Positions 54,635-64,000 of a stretch of DNA of 64,000 nt are shown piece after piece. Position numbers and translations under genes: made by a program. Origin of the DNA: a bacterium (GTDB lineage: Bacteria > Chloroflexota > Dormibacteria > Aeolococcales > Bog-877); assembly GCA_021791415.1 (NCBI GenBank), contig JAJYWQ010000044.1, positions 12,401-76,400 on the forward strand, in the 5' to 3' direction. Every line of letters starts with the position of its first letter. Position 1 is the stretch's first letter. A model generated the notes under the pieces. That model did no database searches. It saw only the letters and a program-made list of their open reading frames with translations, and had not been told where the DNA came from.

Positions 54635-56531
54635 AGGTGAACCCCGAACACCGCGGACAGCGTCTGCTGGGGAACCACCCCGATCACCAGCGTGGCGACC
54701 GCCACCAGCAGCGCCACCCCCTCCCGGATCCGCCCCCCCGAGGGACGGCGAGGGGCCTGCGTGGCTGCCCTCATCCCGAGCGCAGAACCAGCAAGCTGCA
54801 GACCCATCACCACCAGCAGCCAGGTGGCGAGGGTCGAGCTCACGGGCGCGGCCGCCAGCACCAGCAGAAGACGTCCGCTGAATCCTCCGAACGGAGGTGT
54901 GCCAGATACCCCTACCCAGGCCACCAGCTGCGACCGGCGGCCCACGTCCTCACTCAGCACCGCGCCGCTGAGCCAGTGCGCCAGCAGCAGTAACAGGACC
55001 GCCCCCAGGGCGGTGACGCTGCCGAGGCCTACAGCCGTCGCCACCAGGCCGGCATCGGCCGCGGCCACGCTCCAGTAGCGGGACTCCGGGTCAGCCACCA
55101 GCCCGTGCAGCGACCAGAACACCGCCCCGGCGACCCCCAGGCCCACGAGGAGCTCCTGGAGTGGCAGCCCAATCGCGTGGGGCGACGCAGCCACCAGGCG
55201 GAGGCCCAAGACCGCGCCGACGGGAAGGAGCCACACCCGCCACAGGGACGCCTCGGCGGCGCCCACCCGCCGGGAAGCCCCCGGGATGAGAGAGAAAGGG
55301 ACGACGCCCATCAGGCTGGTGACAGCTCCGGCATAGAGGATCGCCACCAGGATGCCCGGGGCCGCGCCCTGCTCCACCGACGGGGTGATCACCGCTCCCA
55401 CGAGCAGGGCGCCCATCGCCAGCAGCGCCTGGCGCGCCAGGCTCCTCACCGGCAGCTGCGGGCCGGCCGAGCGGGACCAGCGCACCCAGACTACCCCCAG
55501 GACGGCACCGCACCCCAGGGCCACCGACACCAGGCCGGTGGCCGTGAGCACCACCACCGCCGGCACCGCCAGCAGCACCGACGTGGCGGCCAGCCCGGGG
55601 GTGGCCCCCTCACCGATGGCCACCTCCAGGACCTGGGCGGCGAGGGCGGCCACGACAACGCCAGCAGCCAGGCGGGTCGGGGCCAGCACCCCGATCTGCA
55701 GATCCGCCAGCGGCCTGGGGAGGACAGGTGCCACGGCGGCGGCCACGGTGGAGAGGGCGACCACCGCAGTCGCCCCGGCCAGGACCACGGCCAGCCGAGT
55801 TCGCGGACCGGCCCCCAGCCTCCACACCACCAGGGCCAGCGGCACTGGGAGCAGGAAGGATGCGGCGAGCGCCAGGCTCACCCCTGGACCTCCCACGGCT
55901 GGGCGTGGGCGAAGAATCCCAGGAGGACCGCCGGTCCGCCCGCAGCCAGGGCGGCCGCCTGCCAGGCACCGCCCCCTGAGCCCAGCAGGATGAAGGTGCA
56001 TGCCCCCATGCCGATCGCCAGTGCACCGAGAGCCAGGTCCGACGGCCCACGACCAGTCCCGATCCGAATGGCCCCCACCTCCCAGGCGAACAGGCAGGCG
56101 AAGGCCGGGCCCTGCGTGCTGATGGTGCCCGCGCCCAGATGTCCTGAGAGCAGGCGAGCTGCCAGCAGCCCGCCCAGGCCCAGAAGCAACCGGAAGCTGC
56201 GCTCGCTGAACACCCGGGGCCGGCCCACGACCGGAGCTTTGCCCAGCAGCCAGACCAGGGACCCGAGCCGGGCTCCCAGCCCTCCCGCCCAGATCATCAG
56301 CGCGCACACGATCCCGAGGAGAAGGGGCACCGCCAGGCTTGTCGCTCCGCCAGCGAGGTAGGCGACCCCGCCGAAGCCCGCCCCCAGGCAGATGGCGCTG
56401 ACCAGGGCCCCCCTGGTGCCGCTGGCCAGCAGCGCCACCGCGGCCGCCAGGAAGCCCCCCGCGGCCAGCAGCGACGGGCCCATCAGCGCTGCACCAGCAG
56501 CCAGGACACCGCCAGCGAGGCGGCCAGCCAC
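54631..56531 (-). pseudogene. Large membrane protein of the NuoL/M/N-MrpA/D-like superfamily, interrupted by a frameshift near 55878
   Basis: Track ORF 55878..56531 (217 aa, TM-like) ends exactly where the TM-like part of ORF 54631..56670 begins (residue about 265, VSLALAASF...). C-terminal GTPPFGGFSGRL resembles the GxPPxxGF motif. The first roughly 260 aa of the long ORF are Arg/Gly/Pro junk. Confidence 0.35.
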
Positions 56532-58174
56532 ATCCAGACTGGGCGCTCGGCCATCTCCCGGGCCGATATCCGCAGTCCCGCCGAGAGAGCTCGCCGAACC
56601 GTGCCGGCGACCACCAGCCCCTGCTCCCAGCGGGGAGGGCGCCAGGATTCAGACCGCTGGGACGCGGCAACCGGGCTCTCGTCCTGAGCCGAGCGGCCCA
56701 GGACCTCCCGCACGCCCCAGTACCCGCCGGCCAAGACCACCGCCACCAGGGCGAGGTAACCCCCCGGCCAGAGCAGGCCGGGGAGCTGCAGAGAGAGCGG
56801 ATCTGGCGCGGTGAGCACCGGCAGGCCGGTCGCCGCGTCGGTCGTCACCGGCGCCGCGATCCCTTGGAGCACCCCGCCGGGGAGGAGGGCGGCAGCGGCA
56901 AGAAGTAGGCCCGGGACGATGAGGGGCCAGGGAAGTGGGCGGCACGGCGCCCGGAGCAATCTGGATCCCCCCACCGCCAGTCCTGCCAGCGCCACCAGGA
57001 ACCCCAGGGCCGGCAGCGCTCCATCCACGAGGCCGGTGGTGAGGCCCAGGGCCAGCCCTGCCACGCCGGCTGTCACCGCCGCGGAGACGGGGAGCGCCAG
57101 TGGCACGAGGAGAGCTTTGGACGCTCCTGGACGCAGGGCCCAGGTGGCCGCTGGCTGGTCGGACAACAGCAGCCGCGGCCCGAGGAGGGCTGTCAGCTCC
57201 AGTGATATCCCGGCCACCACTGAGAGGGCGGTCCCAGAGGCTGAGTCGGCCCCGAAGCCGAGCAGAACCAGCGCCGCCATCACCATCAGCAGGGAGCGCA
57301 TCCCCGTCCCGGCGGGCTCCCTGACCTGCAGCAGGAGAGCGCCCAGCCCGAGGATGAGGGCGACTCCGTCCAGCGCTGTGCCCAGGGCTGGGTGAGGCCA
57401 GGTCCCACCTGCCAGCTCCTGCACCCGGAGCAGGACCGAGAGCCCGGTGGGGACAGCGACGACGGCCAGAAGGTCTCCGAGGTCTGCGGCCCGGGCCGAG
57501 CTGTATCGGTCGGGTAGGAAGGATGCCCCACAGAGCCGCGCCACCCCGGGGATCACCAGCACCCCGGCCAGCGGCAGCGATATGGCCGCCGTGGGGATCC
57601 CGGCGAAGACCAGTGTTCCTGTCGTCAGGTTGAGGCCCACGACCGCCCCCAACCAGATCAGTGAGACCGCCTGGTCCCCGACGGCGGCGGCTACCAGCCG
57701 ACCACTCGGCGCCCGGGGGAGGCGGGCGTAGCTGAGGCCGATCCCGCCCACCGCCGACAGCTGAAGTCCGATGTACATCGCCAAGAGCCCCCCGGCAAGC
57801 CCGGCGAACATGGCGCCCAGCGCCGCGGTGCCGAGAGCCGCGCTGGCCAAGGGCCCGTCCCGAGTTGCGAAACTGATCACCAGGGCGGCAGTGGCTGCCG
57901 CGATGGCCAGGGCCAGGCCGGCATAGTCCACCTGCAGCGTCACCGGCAGGTTGGGAGTGATCCGCCAGAGGGTCACCGCCAGGACGCCACCGGGGGGCAA
58001 GGCGAGCACGACGTAGACCAGGTCCGCCACGGCGCCCAGAAGGGCCAGCCTCAACAAGACCCGCCCAGTCCCCGCAGCCCGGGCGGGGAGAACCTCACCC
58101 AGGACCCCGGCGGCCAGTGCCGTGACCGCCACCGCCAGCAGTGCCAGCGCCGGCAGGTGCTGGAGGGTTAGCAC
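56483..58174 (-). CDS. Hypothetical polytopic membrane protein (possibly antiporter-like/proton-conducting family, degenerate)
   Basis: 563 aa, more than 12 TM-like segments, Ala/Leu/Gly-rich. Starts 17 nt after valS. Confidence 0.4.
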   Translation of the reverse strand: MLTLQHLPALALLAVAVTALAAGVLGEVLPARAAGTGRVLLRLALLGAVADLVYVVLALPPGGVLAVTLWRITPNLPVTLQVDYAGLALAIAAATAALVISFATRDGPLASAALGTAALGAMFAGLAGGLLAMYIGLQLSAVGGIGLSYARLPRAPSGRLVAAAVGDQAVSLIWLGAVVGLNLTTGTLVFAGIPTAAISLPLAGVLVIPGVARLCGASFLPDRYSSARAADLGDLLAVVAVPTGLSVLLRVQELAGGTWPHPALGTALDGVALILGLGALLLQVREPAGTGMRSLLMVMAALVLLGFGADSASGTALSVVAGISLELTALLGPRLLLSDQPAATWALRPGASKALLVPLALPVSAAVTAGVAGLALGLTTGLVDGALPALGFLVALAGLAVGGSRLLRAPCRPLPWPLIVPGLLLAAAALLPGGVLQGIAAPVTTDAATGLPVLTAPDPLSLQLPGLLWPGGYLALVAVVLAGGYWGVREVLGRSAQDESPVAASQRSESWRPPRWEQGLVVAGTVRRALSAGLRISAREMAERPVWMWLAASLAVSWLLVQR

Positions 58175-58190
58175 GCCTTCCCCGCTGGGG

Positions 58191-60806
58191 TCAGTCGGCC
58201 AGGGTTCGGCGGAGCAGTTCCAGGCGCCTCACGGCCGCCGCCAGCCGCTCCCTCTCCCGGGCCACGACCTCATCGGGAGCCCGAGCGGAGAACTGCGAGG
58301 CCAGCTTGGCGTCCAGCCGCTGTCGGGTGGCCTCCAGGTCGGTCAGCTCCCTCTCCAGCCGCCGGCGCACGTCTGAGTGCCGAGCCGCGGCCGCCCCCAG
58401 GTGGACGGAGCTTCCGCCCACGGCCAGGGAGGCGAAGTTCTCCTCCGCGCCCTCTCCGCCGGTCTCGAAGCTCACCGGAGCGATCTGGGCAAGATAGGTG
58501 GGAACCTCGGGGAAGCGGAGATCCTCACCGAGTTCGGCCAGGCGCACCGGCACCCTGGGCGCGCTCCGGCTGCCGCCCACCCCCAGCTCTTGCAGCCAGC
58601 TGCGCAGCTCGCCCGCGAGCTCCTGGAAGGCGGCCATCGTCCGCTCTGCCGCGGCGTCCTCGGGGAGCCCTTTGGTGGTGGGCCAGGCCGCGAAGTCCAG
58701 GGTGGGAGGGGTTCCGGAGAACTGCTGCGCCAGCTCGTCGGTCACAAAGGGCATGACCGGGTGGAGCAGGTGCAACGTGGTCAGCAGCACCTCCCGGGCC
58801 ACCCAGAGGGCCGCTGGGTCGTGACGCTCCATCCTTGCCTTCACAAGTTCCAGGTACCAGTCGGCGACCTCGTCCCAGCTGAAGCGCCGCACGGACTCCA
58901 CGGCATCACCCAGGGCGAAGGTGTCATAGGCGGTGGTGACCTCGTCCACGAGGGTGCGCAGGCGGGAGAGAATCCAGCGGTCGGCGAGCTCCAACTGGGC
59001 CGGCGGAGGGGGGTCGGCCGCGGGTATGCGTCCGGTGCCCTCAGGGAAGTGAGCCAGGTGGAGCAGCCGCACCATGTTCCAAAGCTTGTTGGCGAACCGC
59101 GCAAAGCCGTCGAGCCTGGTCTCGTCGAAGCGGGCGTCCTGGGTGCCCATGGCCACGGCGGCCCCCCACCCCCTGAGGGCGTCGGCCCCATGTCGCTCCA
59201 CCATCTCCAAGGGGTCGACGACGTTGCCGCGGGACTTGGACTGGCGGGCGCCGTCGGCCCCCAGGATGGTGGCGTGGAAGATGACGTCCGGGAAGGGAAG
59301 GTCGTCGGTGAAGCGCAAGCCCATGATCACCATCCGCGCCACCCATAGATAGATGATGTCGCGCGCCGTGCTCAGCACCGAGGTCGGGTAGAACCGCGCC
59401 ATCTCCGGCGTTGGGTCGGGCCAGCCGAGGATGGCAAAGGGCCAGAGGGAGCTGGAAAACCAGGTGTCGAGGACATCGGGGTCGAACGTCAAGTCGGAGT
59501 CGAGACACTCGGGACACCGTTGCGGATCGTCGACGAAGGCAAACACGTGCCCCCGCCCACAGGTGGCGACCGGGATGCGGTGGCCCAGCCAGAGCTGACG
59601 GCTGATGCACCAGTCGCGCAGCCCGTCCAGCCATCCGAGGTACTGGGACTCGAAGTGGGGAGGGTGGAAGCGGATACGACCTTCCCGAGCCGCCGCAGCG
59701 GCAGGAGCCGCCAGCTCGGCCATCCTCATCCACCATTGCGGCGTGACCAAGGGCTCGATGACGGCCCCGCAGCGGTCGCAGTGGCCGACCTGGTGGGTGA
59801 TGGGGTCGGCGCGCACCAGGGCGCCTGCCGCCTCCAGGATCTCCACCGACCGCTGCCGAGCATCCGCCACCGGCAGGCCGTCCAGAGCGGGCACCTCGGG
59901 CACCCTCATCCGCCCCTTCAGGTCGATCACCGTCAGCACCGGCAGGTGGTGCCGGAGCCCAATCTCGAAGTCCTCGGGGGCGTGCCCGGGGGTGATCTTG
60001 AGAGCCCCAGTACCGATCTCCGGGCGCACTGCCGGATCCGAGATCACGGGCAGGTTGCGGCCGGAGATCGGCTCCCGAACCACCTTGCCCACCAGGCCGG
60101 CAAACCGGGGGTCGTCGGGGGACACCGCCACGGCCACGTCGGCCACGATGGTCTCCGGGCGGGTGGTGGCCACCACCACCTCTCCCTCCTCCCCCACCAA
60201 CCGGTAGCGGACCTGGTAGAAGACGTCAACCTGCTCCTGATACTCCACCTCCTCGTCCGAGATGGCGCTCTCGCAGCGGGGGCACCAGTTGACGATCCGT
60301 GGGCCCCGGTAGATCAGTCCCTGGTCGAAGAGCTCCTTGAAGGCGATGCGGATCACCCGGACGTAGGCGGGGTCCAGCGTGAAGCGCTCCCGGGTCCAGT
60401 CGCAGCTTGCCCCCATCCCCCGCAGCTGGGTGACGATCCGTCCCTGGTACTCCGCGTACCACCGCTCGACCCGCCGTCCGAACTCCTCCCGGCCGATCTC
60501 CTCCTTCGAGGTTCCCTCGGCCGCCAGCTGGCGCTCGATCACGTTCTGAGTGGCGATGGCGGCATGGTCGGTGCCCGGCACCCACAGAACCTCGTAACCG
60601 CGCATGCGGTGGTAGCGGCAGAGGCTGTCCTGGATCACCGCGTTGAGCGCGTGGCCCATGTGCAGGGCGCCGGTGATGTTGGGCGGCGGGAGGGCGATGG
60701 AGAAGGCGGGCTTGGGGCTGGCGGGGTCGGCCACCCCGAGCTTCAGCTCCGCCCACCGCTCTCCCCAGCGCCTCTCGGTGGGCTTGGGCTGGTAGGCCGT
60801 CTCCAC
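58191..60806 (-). CDS. valS: Valyl-tRNA synthetase
   Basis: HIGH (PPNITGALHMGHA) and KMSKS (SKSRGNVVDP) motifs. C-terminal coiled coil. Confidence 0.9.
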   Translation of the reverse strand: METAYQPKPTERRWGERWAELKLGVADPASPKPAFSIALPPPNITGALHMGHALNAVIQDSLCRYHRMRGYEVLWVPGTDHAAIATQNVIERQLAAEGTSKEEIGREEFGRRVERWYAEYQGRIVTQLRGMGASCDWTRERFTLDPAYVRVIRIAFKELFDQGLIYRGPRIVNWCPRCESAISDEEVEYQEQVDVFYQVRYRLVGEEGEVVVATTRPETIVADVAVAVSPDDPRFAGLVGKVVREPISGRNLPVISDPAVRPEIGTGALKITPGHAPEDFEIGLRHHLPVLTVIDLKGRMRVPEVPALDGLPVADARQRSVEILEAAGALVRADPITHQVGHCDRCGAVIEPLVTPQWWMRMAELAAPAAAAAREGRIRFHPPHFESQYLGWLDGLRDWCISRQLWLGHRIPVATCGRGHVFAFVDDPQRCPECLDSDLTFDPDVLDTWFSSSLWPFAILGWPDPTPEMARFYPTSVLSTARDIIYLWVARMVIMGLRFTDDLPFPDVIFHATILGADGARQSKSRGNVVDPLEMVERHGADALRGWGAAVAMGTQDARFDETRLDGFARFANKLWNMVRLLHLAHFPEGTGRIPAADPPPPAQLELADRWILSRLRTLVDEVTTAYDTFALGDAVESVRRFSWDEVADWYLELVKARMERHDPAALWVAREVLLTTLHLLHPVMPFVTDELAQQFSGTPPTLDFAAWPTTKGLPEDAAAERTMAAFQELAGELRSWLQELGVGGSRSAPRVPVRLAELGEDLRFPEVPTYLAQIAPVSFETGGEGAEENFASLAVGGSSVHLGAAAARHSDVRRRLERELTDLEATRQRLDAKLASQFSARAPDEVVARERERLAAAVRRLELLRRTLAD

Positions 60807-60815
60807 GTCAGCCCC

Positions 60816-63140
60816 TCAGCGCACGCTGGCGGACGCGGGTTCCAGCTCCCCTGCCACCTGGCGCGCTGCCGCGACCAGATGGCGCAGGGAGGGATCGACC
60901 TCGGGCCACGTCCTGGTCTTGAGGCCGCAGTCGGGGTTGGCCCAGAGCCGTTCTGCGGGGATCACCCGGGCGGCCGCCCGGAGCCGCTCCGCCATCTCTT
61001 CCACCGAGGGGACCAGGGGGGAGTGGATGTCGTACAGCCCCGGTCCCACCGGCCCCGGGTATCCGGAGTCGGCCAGGGAGCGAAGCAGGGTCATCCCCGA
61101 TCGGGCGGCCTCGATGTAGAGGGCATCGGCCTCCATCTCCTCGATGCCCTCCATGATGTCGGAGAACTCCGCATAGCACATGTGGGTATGGACCTGCGCC
61201 GAGCTCGGCGCTCCGCCGGCGGCCAGCCGGAACGAGTCGACTGCCCAGCGGAGGTAGGCCGCGTGGTCGGCACGGCGCAGGGGCAAAGCCTCGCGCAGTG
61301 CCGGCTCATCTATCTGCACCACCCTGATCCCGGCTGCGACCAGGTCTGCCACCTCGTCCCTGAGCGCCAGGGCGATCTGCTTGCAGCTGGTGGCTCGATC
61401 CAGATCCTCGCGGGGGAAGGACCACTGCAGGATGGTCACCGGCCCGGTGATGACCCCCTTAACCGGCCGGTCGGTCAGCCCCTGGGTGAACGTGGTCCAG
61501 GCCACGGTCATCGGCGATCGCCTCCAGACGTCCCCCAGGACTATGGGCGGCTTGGCACACCTGGAGCCATACGACTGGACCCAGCCTCGGGCGGTGGTCA
61601 CCATTCCCTCGAGCCGCTCTGCGAAGTACTCCACCATGTCATTGCGCTCGGGCTCCCCGTGGACCAAGAGGTCCAGCCCCGCCTCCTCCTGGAAGCGCAC
61701 GACCCTGGTGATCTCCTGGCGAATCACCTCTTCGTAGCCCGCGACGTCCAGCTCTCCCCGGCGCAGCCGGGCCCGGGCCTGGCGCAGCTCCGAACGCTGC
61801 GGGAAAGAGCCGATGGTGGTGGTGGGGATGAGGGGCCATTGGAGGCTCCTGGCAAACTCCCGCCGCTGGTCCTGGGTCTGTCCCCGACGCAGATCCGAGG
61901 GGGAGACCTCGCCGAGCCTGGCGGCGACCTCGGGGCGGTGGCGTCGCGGAGAGGTGCGCCGGCCCTCGACGGAGGCCCGGGCCGCCTCCAACTCTGAGCG
62001 GACGTCCTGCCCGCCGGCCGCCTTGGCCAGCAGCGCCACCTCCTCCAGCTTCTCCTCGGCGAAGGCCAGCCAGGAGAGGAGCTCGTGGTCCAGACCCGAA
62101 GTCTCGCCCCGGGTGGTCCAGGGCAGGTGCATGAGGGAGCACGAGGGGGCGATCATCACCCGCGACGGCCCCAGCTTGGATGTCGCCCTGGCGATGGCGG
62201 CCATCGCCGGGTCGGGGTCCATCCGCCACACATTGCGGCCATCCACCAGACCCAGCGACAGGCTCAAAGACTCCGGGGCCGCGCTCAGCGCGCGCTCCAG
62301 GTCCTCGGGTCCGCGCGCGAGGTCCAGATGGACGGCGTCGACGGGCAGTCCCACCACGCTCTCCAGGTTCGGCCCGAGGCCGCCGAAGTAGGAGGCGAGG
62401 AGGATCTTGAGCCCGGGCGCCGACTGCCGCAGCTGGAGGTAGGCGCGCTCCATCCCCTCCAGCAGGGAGACCGGGGCGTCCTGAGCCAGGCAGGGCTCGT
62501 CCAGCTGCACCCACTCGGCCCCGGCAGCCCCCAGCCGGCGCAGAAGCTCCTGATAGACCGGGACCAGCTCGTCCAGCAGCCGCAGAGGGGACCTGGAACT
62601 TCCCGGGATCTTGCTGAGACAGAGGAAGGTCAGGGGGCCGAGCAGCGTCGGCCTGGTTTCGAACCCCGCCGCCCGAGCCTCTTGGAACTCGTCCACGACG
62701 CGGCTGGAGCTGAGGGCGAAGGTCTGATCGGGCTCCAGCTCCGGCACCAGGTAGTGGTAGTTGGTGTCGAACCACTTGGTCATGTCCAGAGGAGCGACCT
62801 CACCGCCTGGTCCCTCGGCCCCACGGGCCATGGCGAACGTCAGGTCGAGCTCGGACTCCAGCCCCAGCCGCCGAAAGCGAGCCGGGATCGCGCCGACCAT
62901 GAGGGCGGTGTCCAACACGTGGTCATAGAGGGAGAAATCACCACTGGGGAAGATGTCGATCCCGGCCTTGCTCTGGGTGCTCCAGCGCATCCGGCGAATC
63001 TCCCGGGCGGCCTGGAGAAGCGCCGCCTGGCCGATGCGACCGGCCCAGTGCGCCTCCAGCGCGCGCTTCAGCTCGCGGTCCGGGCCGATGCGGGGAAAGC
63101 CGAGGCTGCTGGTTGTGACCCGGCCGTTGTTGTCAGGCAT
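60816..63140 (-). CDS. metE: Cobalamin-independent methionine synthase
   Basis: N-terminus SSLGFPRIGPDRELKRALEAHW. Duplicated UroD-like barrels. C-terminal His/Cys/Glu Zn site context. Confidence 0.9.
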   Translation of the reverse strand: MPDNNGRVTTSSLGFPRIGPDRELKRALEAHWAGRIGQAALLQAAREIRRMRWSTQSKAGIDIFPSGDFSLYDHVLDTALMVGAIPARFRRLGLESELDLTFAMARGAEGPGGEVAPLDMTKWFDTNYHYLVPELEPDQTFALSSSRVVDEFQEARAAGFETRPTLLGPLTFLCLSKIPGSSRSPLRLLDELVPVYQELLRRLGAAGAEWVQLDEPCLAQDAPVSLLEGMERAYLQLRQSAPGLKILLASYFGGLGPNLESVVGLPVDAVHLDLARGPEDLERALSAAPESLSLSLGLVDGRNVWRMDPDPAMAAIARATSKLGPSRVMIAPSCSLMHLPWTTRGETSGLDHELLSWLAFAEEKLEEVALLAKAAGGQDVRSELEAARASVEGRRTSPRRHRPEVAARLGEVSPSDLRRGQTQDQRREFARSLQWPLIPTTTIGSFPQRSELRQARARLRRGELDVAGYEEVIRQEITRVVRFQEEAGLDLLVHGEPERNDMVEYFAERLEGMVTTARGWVQSYGSRCAKPPIVLGDVWRRSPMTVAWTTFTQGLTDRPVKGVITGPVTILQWSFPREDLDRATSCKQIALALRDEVADLVAAGIRVVQIDEPALREALPLRRADHAAYLRWAVDSFRLAAGGAPSSAQVHTHMCYAEFSDIMEGIEEMEADALYIEAARSGMTLLRSLADSGYPGPVGPGLYDIHSPLVPSVEEMAERLRAAARVIPAERLWANPDCGLKTRTWPEVDPSLRHLVAAARQVAGELEPASASVR

Positions 63141-63293
63141 CTTCGACGACTCCTCTTGGCACCGGCCGCCTCCGCCATGGGCGGAGGACCGTGCATGGAC
63201 CCGGCCGCGGGCGCGCGCCCCGGACGCAGCCCGCCTCCCAGGACGGCCCGTGCCGCTGGACCCAGTTTACCCGCCCCGGCCACCGCCGAGGGA
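63141..63293 (-). ncRNA. Candidate cobalamin (B12) riboswitch in the metE 5' leader
   Basis: Minus-strand leader contains GCACGGTCCTCCGCCCATGG (compare the B12-element core GCACGGTCCCGCCACTG) and a downstream AGGCGGCCGGTGCC B12-box-like segment ahead of an AGAGGAG SD. Confidence 0.3.
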
Positions 63294-64000
63294 TCAGGCC
63301 GAGGCCGCCTCCTCCTCGACCACCAGCTCCGGGTCGGTGGCTTCCAGGATGGCGCTCTCGGTGATGATGCAGCGCTTCACCTCGGGACGGGAGGGCACCT
63401 CGAACATGCTGCTGAGGAGAGCGGCCTCGAGGATGCTCTTCAGCCCCCGGGCCCCGGTCCCCAGCGACAGCGCCTTGTGGGCGATGGCCCGCAGCGCCGC
63501 CTCCTCGAAGACCAGCTCGACATCGTCCAGAGCGAAGAACTTCTCGTACTGCTTGACAAAGGCGTTCTTGGGCTCGGTGAGGATGTGGAGGATGTCCTCC
63601 TCGTCCAGGCTCTCCAGCGAGACCACCACAGGCAGCCGCCCGACGAACTCTGGGATCAGGCCGTAGCGGAGCAGGTCCTGGGCCTGGAGATGGTGGAGGA
63701 TCTGAGTGCTCTCCTTGGTCCTCGGGCCCCCAGGCTCGCTGGAGAAGCCGATGGTCCGGTGGCCCACGCGCTGCTCGATGATCCTCTCCAGCCCCTCGAA
63801 GGCCCCCCCGCAGATGAAGAGGATGTTGGCGGTGTTGATCTGGATGAAGTCCTGGTGGGGGTGCTTGCGGCCTCCTTGGGGAGGGACGTTGGCCACCGTC
63901 CCCTCAAGGATCTTGAGGAGCGCCTGCTGGACGCCCTCGCCGGAGACATCCCGGGTGATCGAGGGGTTGTCGGACTTGCGGGAGATCTTGTCGATCTCGT
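63294..64000 (-). CDS. clpX: ATP-dependent Clp protease ATP-binding subunit ClpX (C-terminal part; 5' end lies beyond the window)
   Basis: ...[43 protein letters not shown]...[18 protein letters not shown]. Confidence 0.85.
   Translation of the reverse strand, partial: EIDKISRKSDNPSITRDVSGEGVQQALLKILEGTVANVPPQGGRKHPHQDFIQINTANILFICGGAFEGLERIIEQRVGHRTIGFSSEPGGPRTKESTQILHHLQAQDLLRYGLIPEFVGRLPVVVSLESLDEEDILHILTEPKNAFVKQYEKFFALDDVELVFEEAALRAIAHKALSLGTGARGLKSILEAALLSSMFEVPSRPEVKRCIITESAILEATDPELVVEEEAASA

Noticed and set aside
59520-61997. 825 aa plus-strand ORF
   Set aside because: Antisense to valS and metE, both of which have unmistakable signatures.
1-64000. CRISPR arrays, IS elements, integrases, prophage genes
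   Set aside because: No regularly spaced direct repeats and no transposase or integrase-like ORFs in any frame. The lower-GC island lacks flanking repeats or mobility genes.

Overview
This 64 kb window is very GC-rich (about 70%) and densely coding on both strands. It looks like a chromosomal segment of a high-GC Gram-positive (Actinomycetota-like) genome: MurT/GatD, a MarP-like protease, bS22, F420-type enzymes, InhA-type FabI, a DosS/DosR-like pair and an ispE-rpsT-holA neighbourhood all point that way. I could support about 60 CDS, two tRNA-Ala genes and several regulatory motifs. I saw no transposases, integrases, IS elements or CRISPR arrays.

Most genes are housekeeping: valS, metE, a clpX fragment, the rplU-rpmA-obg-nadD-rsfS block, cysE-cysK, ppk1, rpiA, a class A PBP, an LCP protein, ispE and rpsT.

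The stretches that do not fit a housekeeping reading are:
- A tightly coupled minus-strand operon (about 6239-11401) in which a Rieske protein and a fused cytochrome b sit between two CydA-family (bd oxidase subunit I) paralogs. There is no CydB gene and no c-type cytochrome in the operon. This is the best candidate for an undescribed respiratory module.
- A flavin/redox operon (26762-33343): a small Ser/Gly/Thr-rich anchored protein, ApbE, a ferric-reductase-like haem membrane protein, a NuoF-like protein, a ferredoxin and a GH63 hydrolase. It is divergent from a Fur-family regulator, with nested palindromes in the shared promoter.
- An active clpP, divergent across an AT-rich palindromic promoter from an XRE regulator (ClgR-like) that is translationally coupled to a catalytically dead ClpP paralog.
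- A DosS/DosR-like two-component pair divergent from a NapH-like polyferredoxin and a GltD-like Fe-S oxidoreductase, with a perfect 15 bp inverted repeat between them.
- A roughly 1.3 kb lower-GC island (37486-38798) carrying two orphan proteins.
- A large degenerate membrane protein split by a frameshift (54631-56531).
- A candidate cobalamin riboswitch in the metE leader.

Many long ORFs in the six-frame track are GC-driven antisense artefacts and I rejected them. Coordinates of short motifs are good to about ±2 bp.
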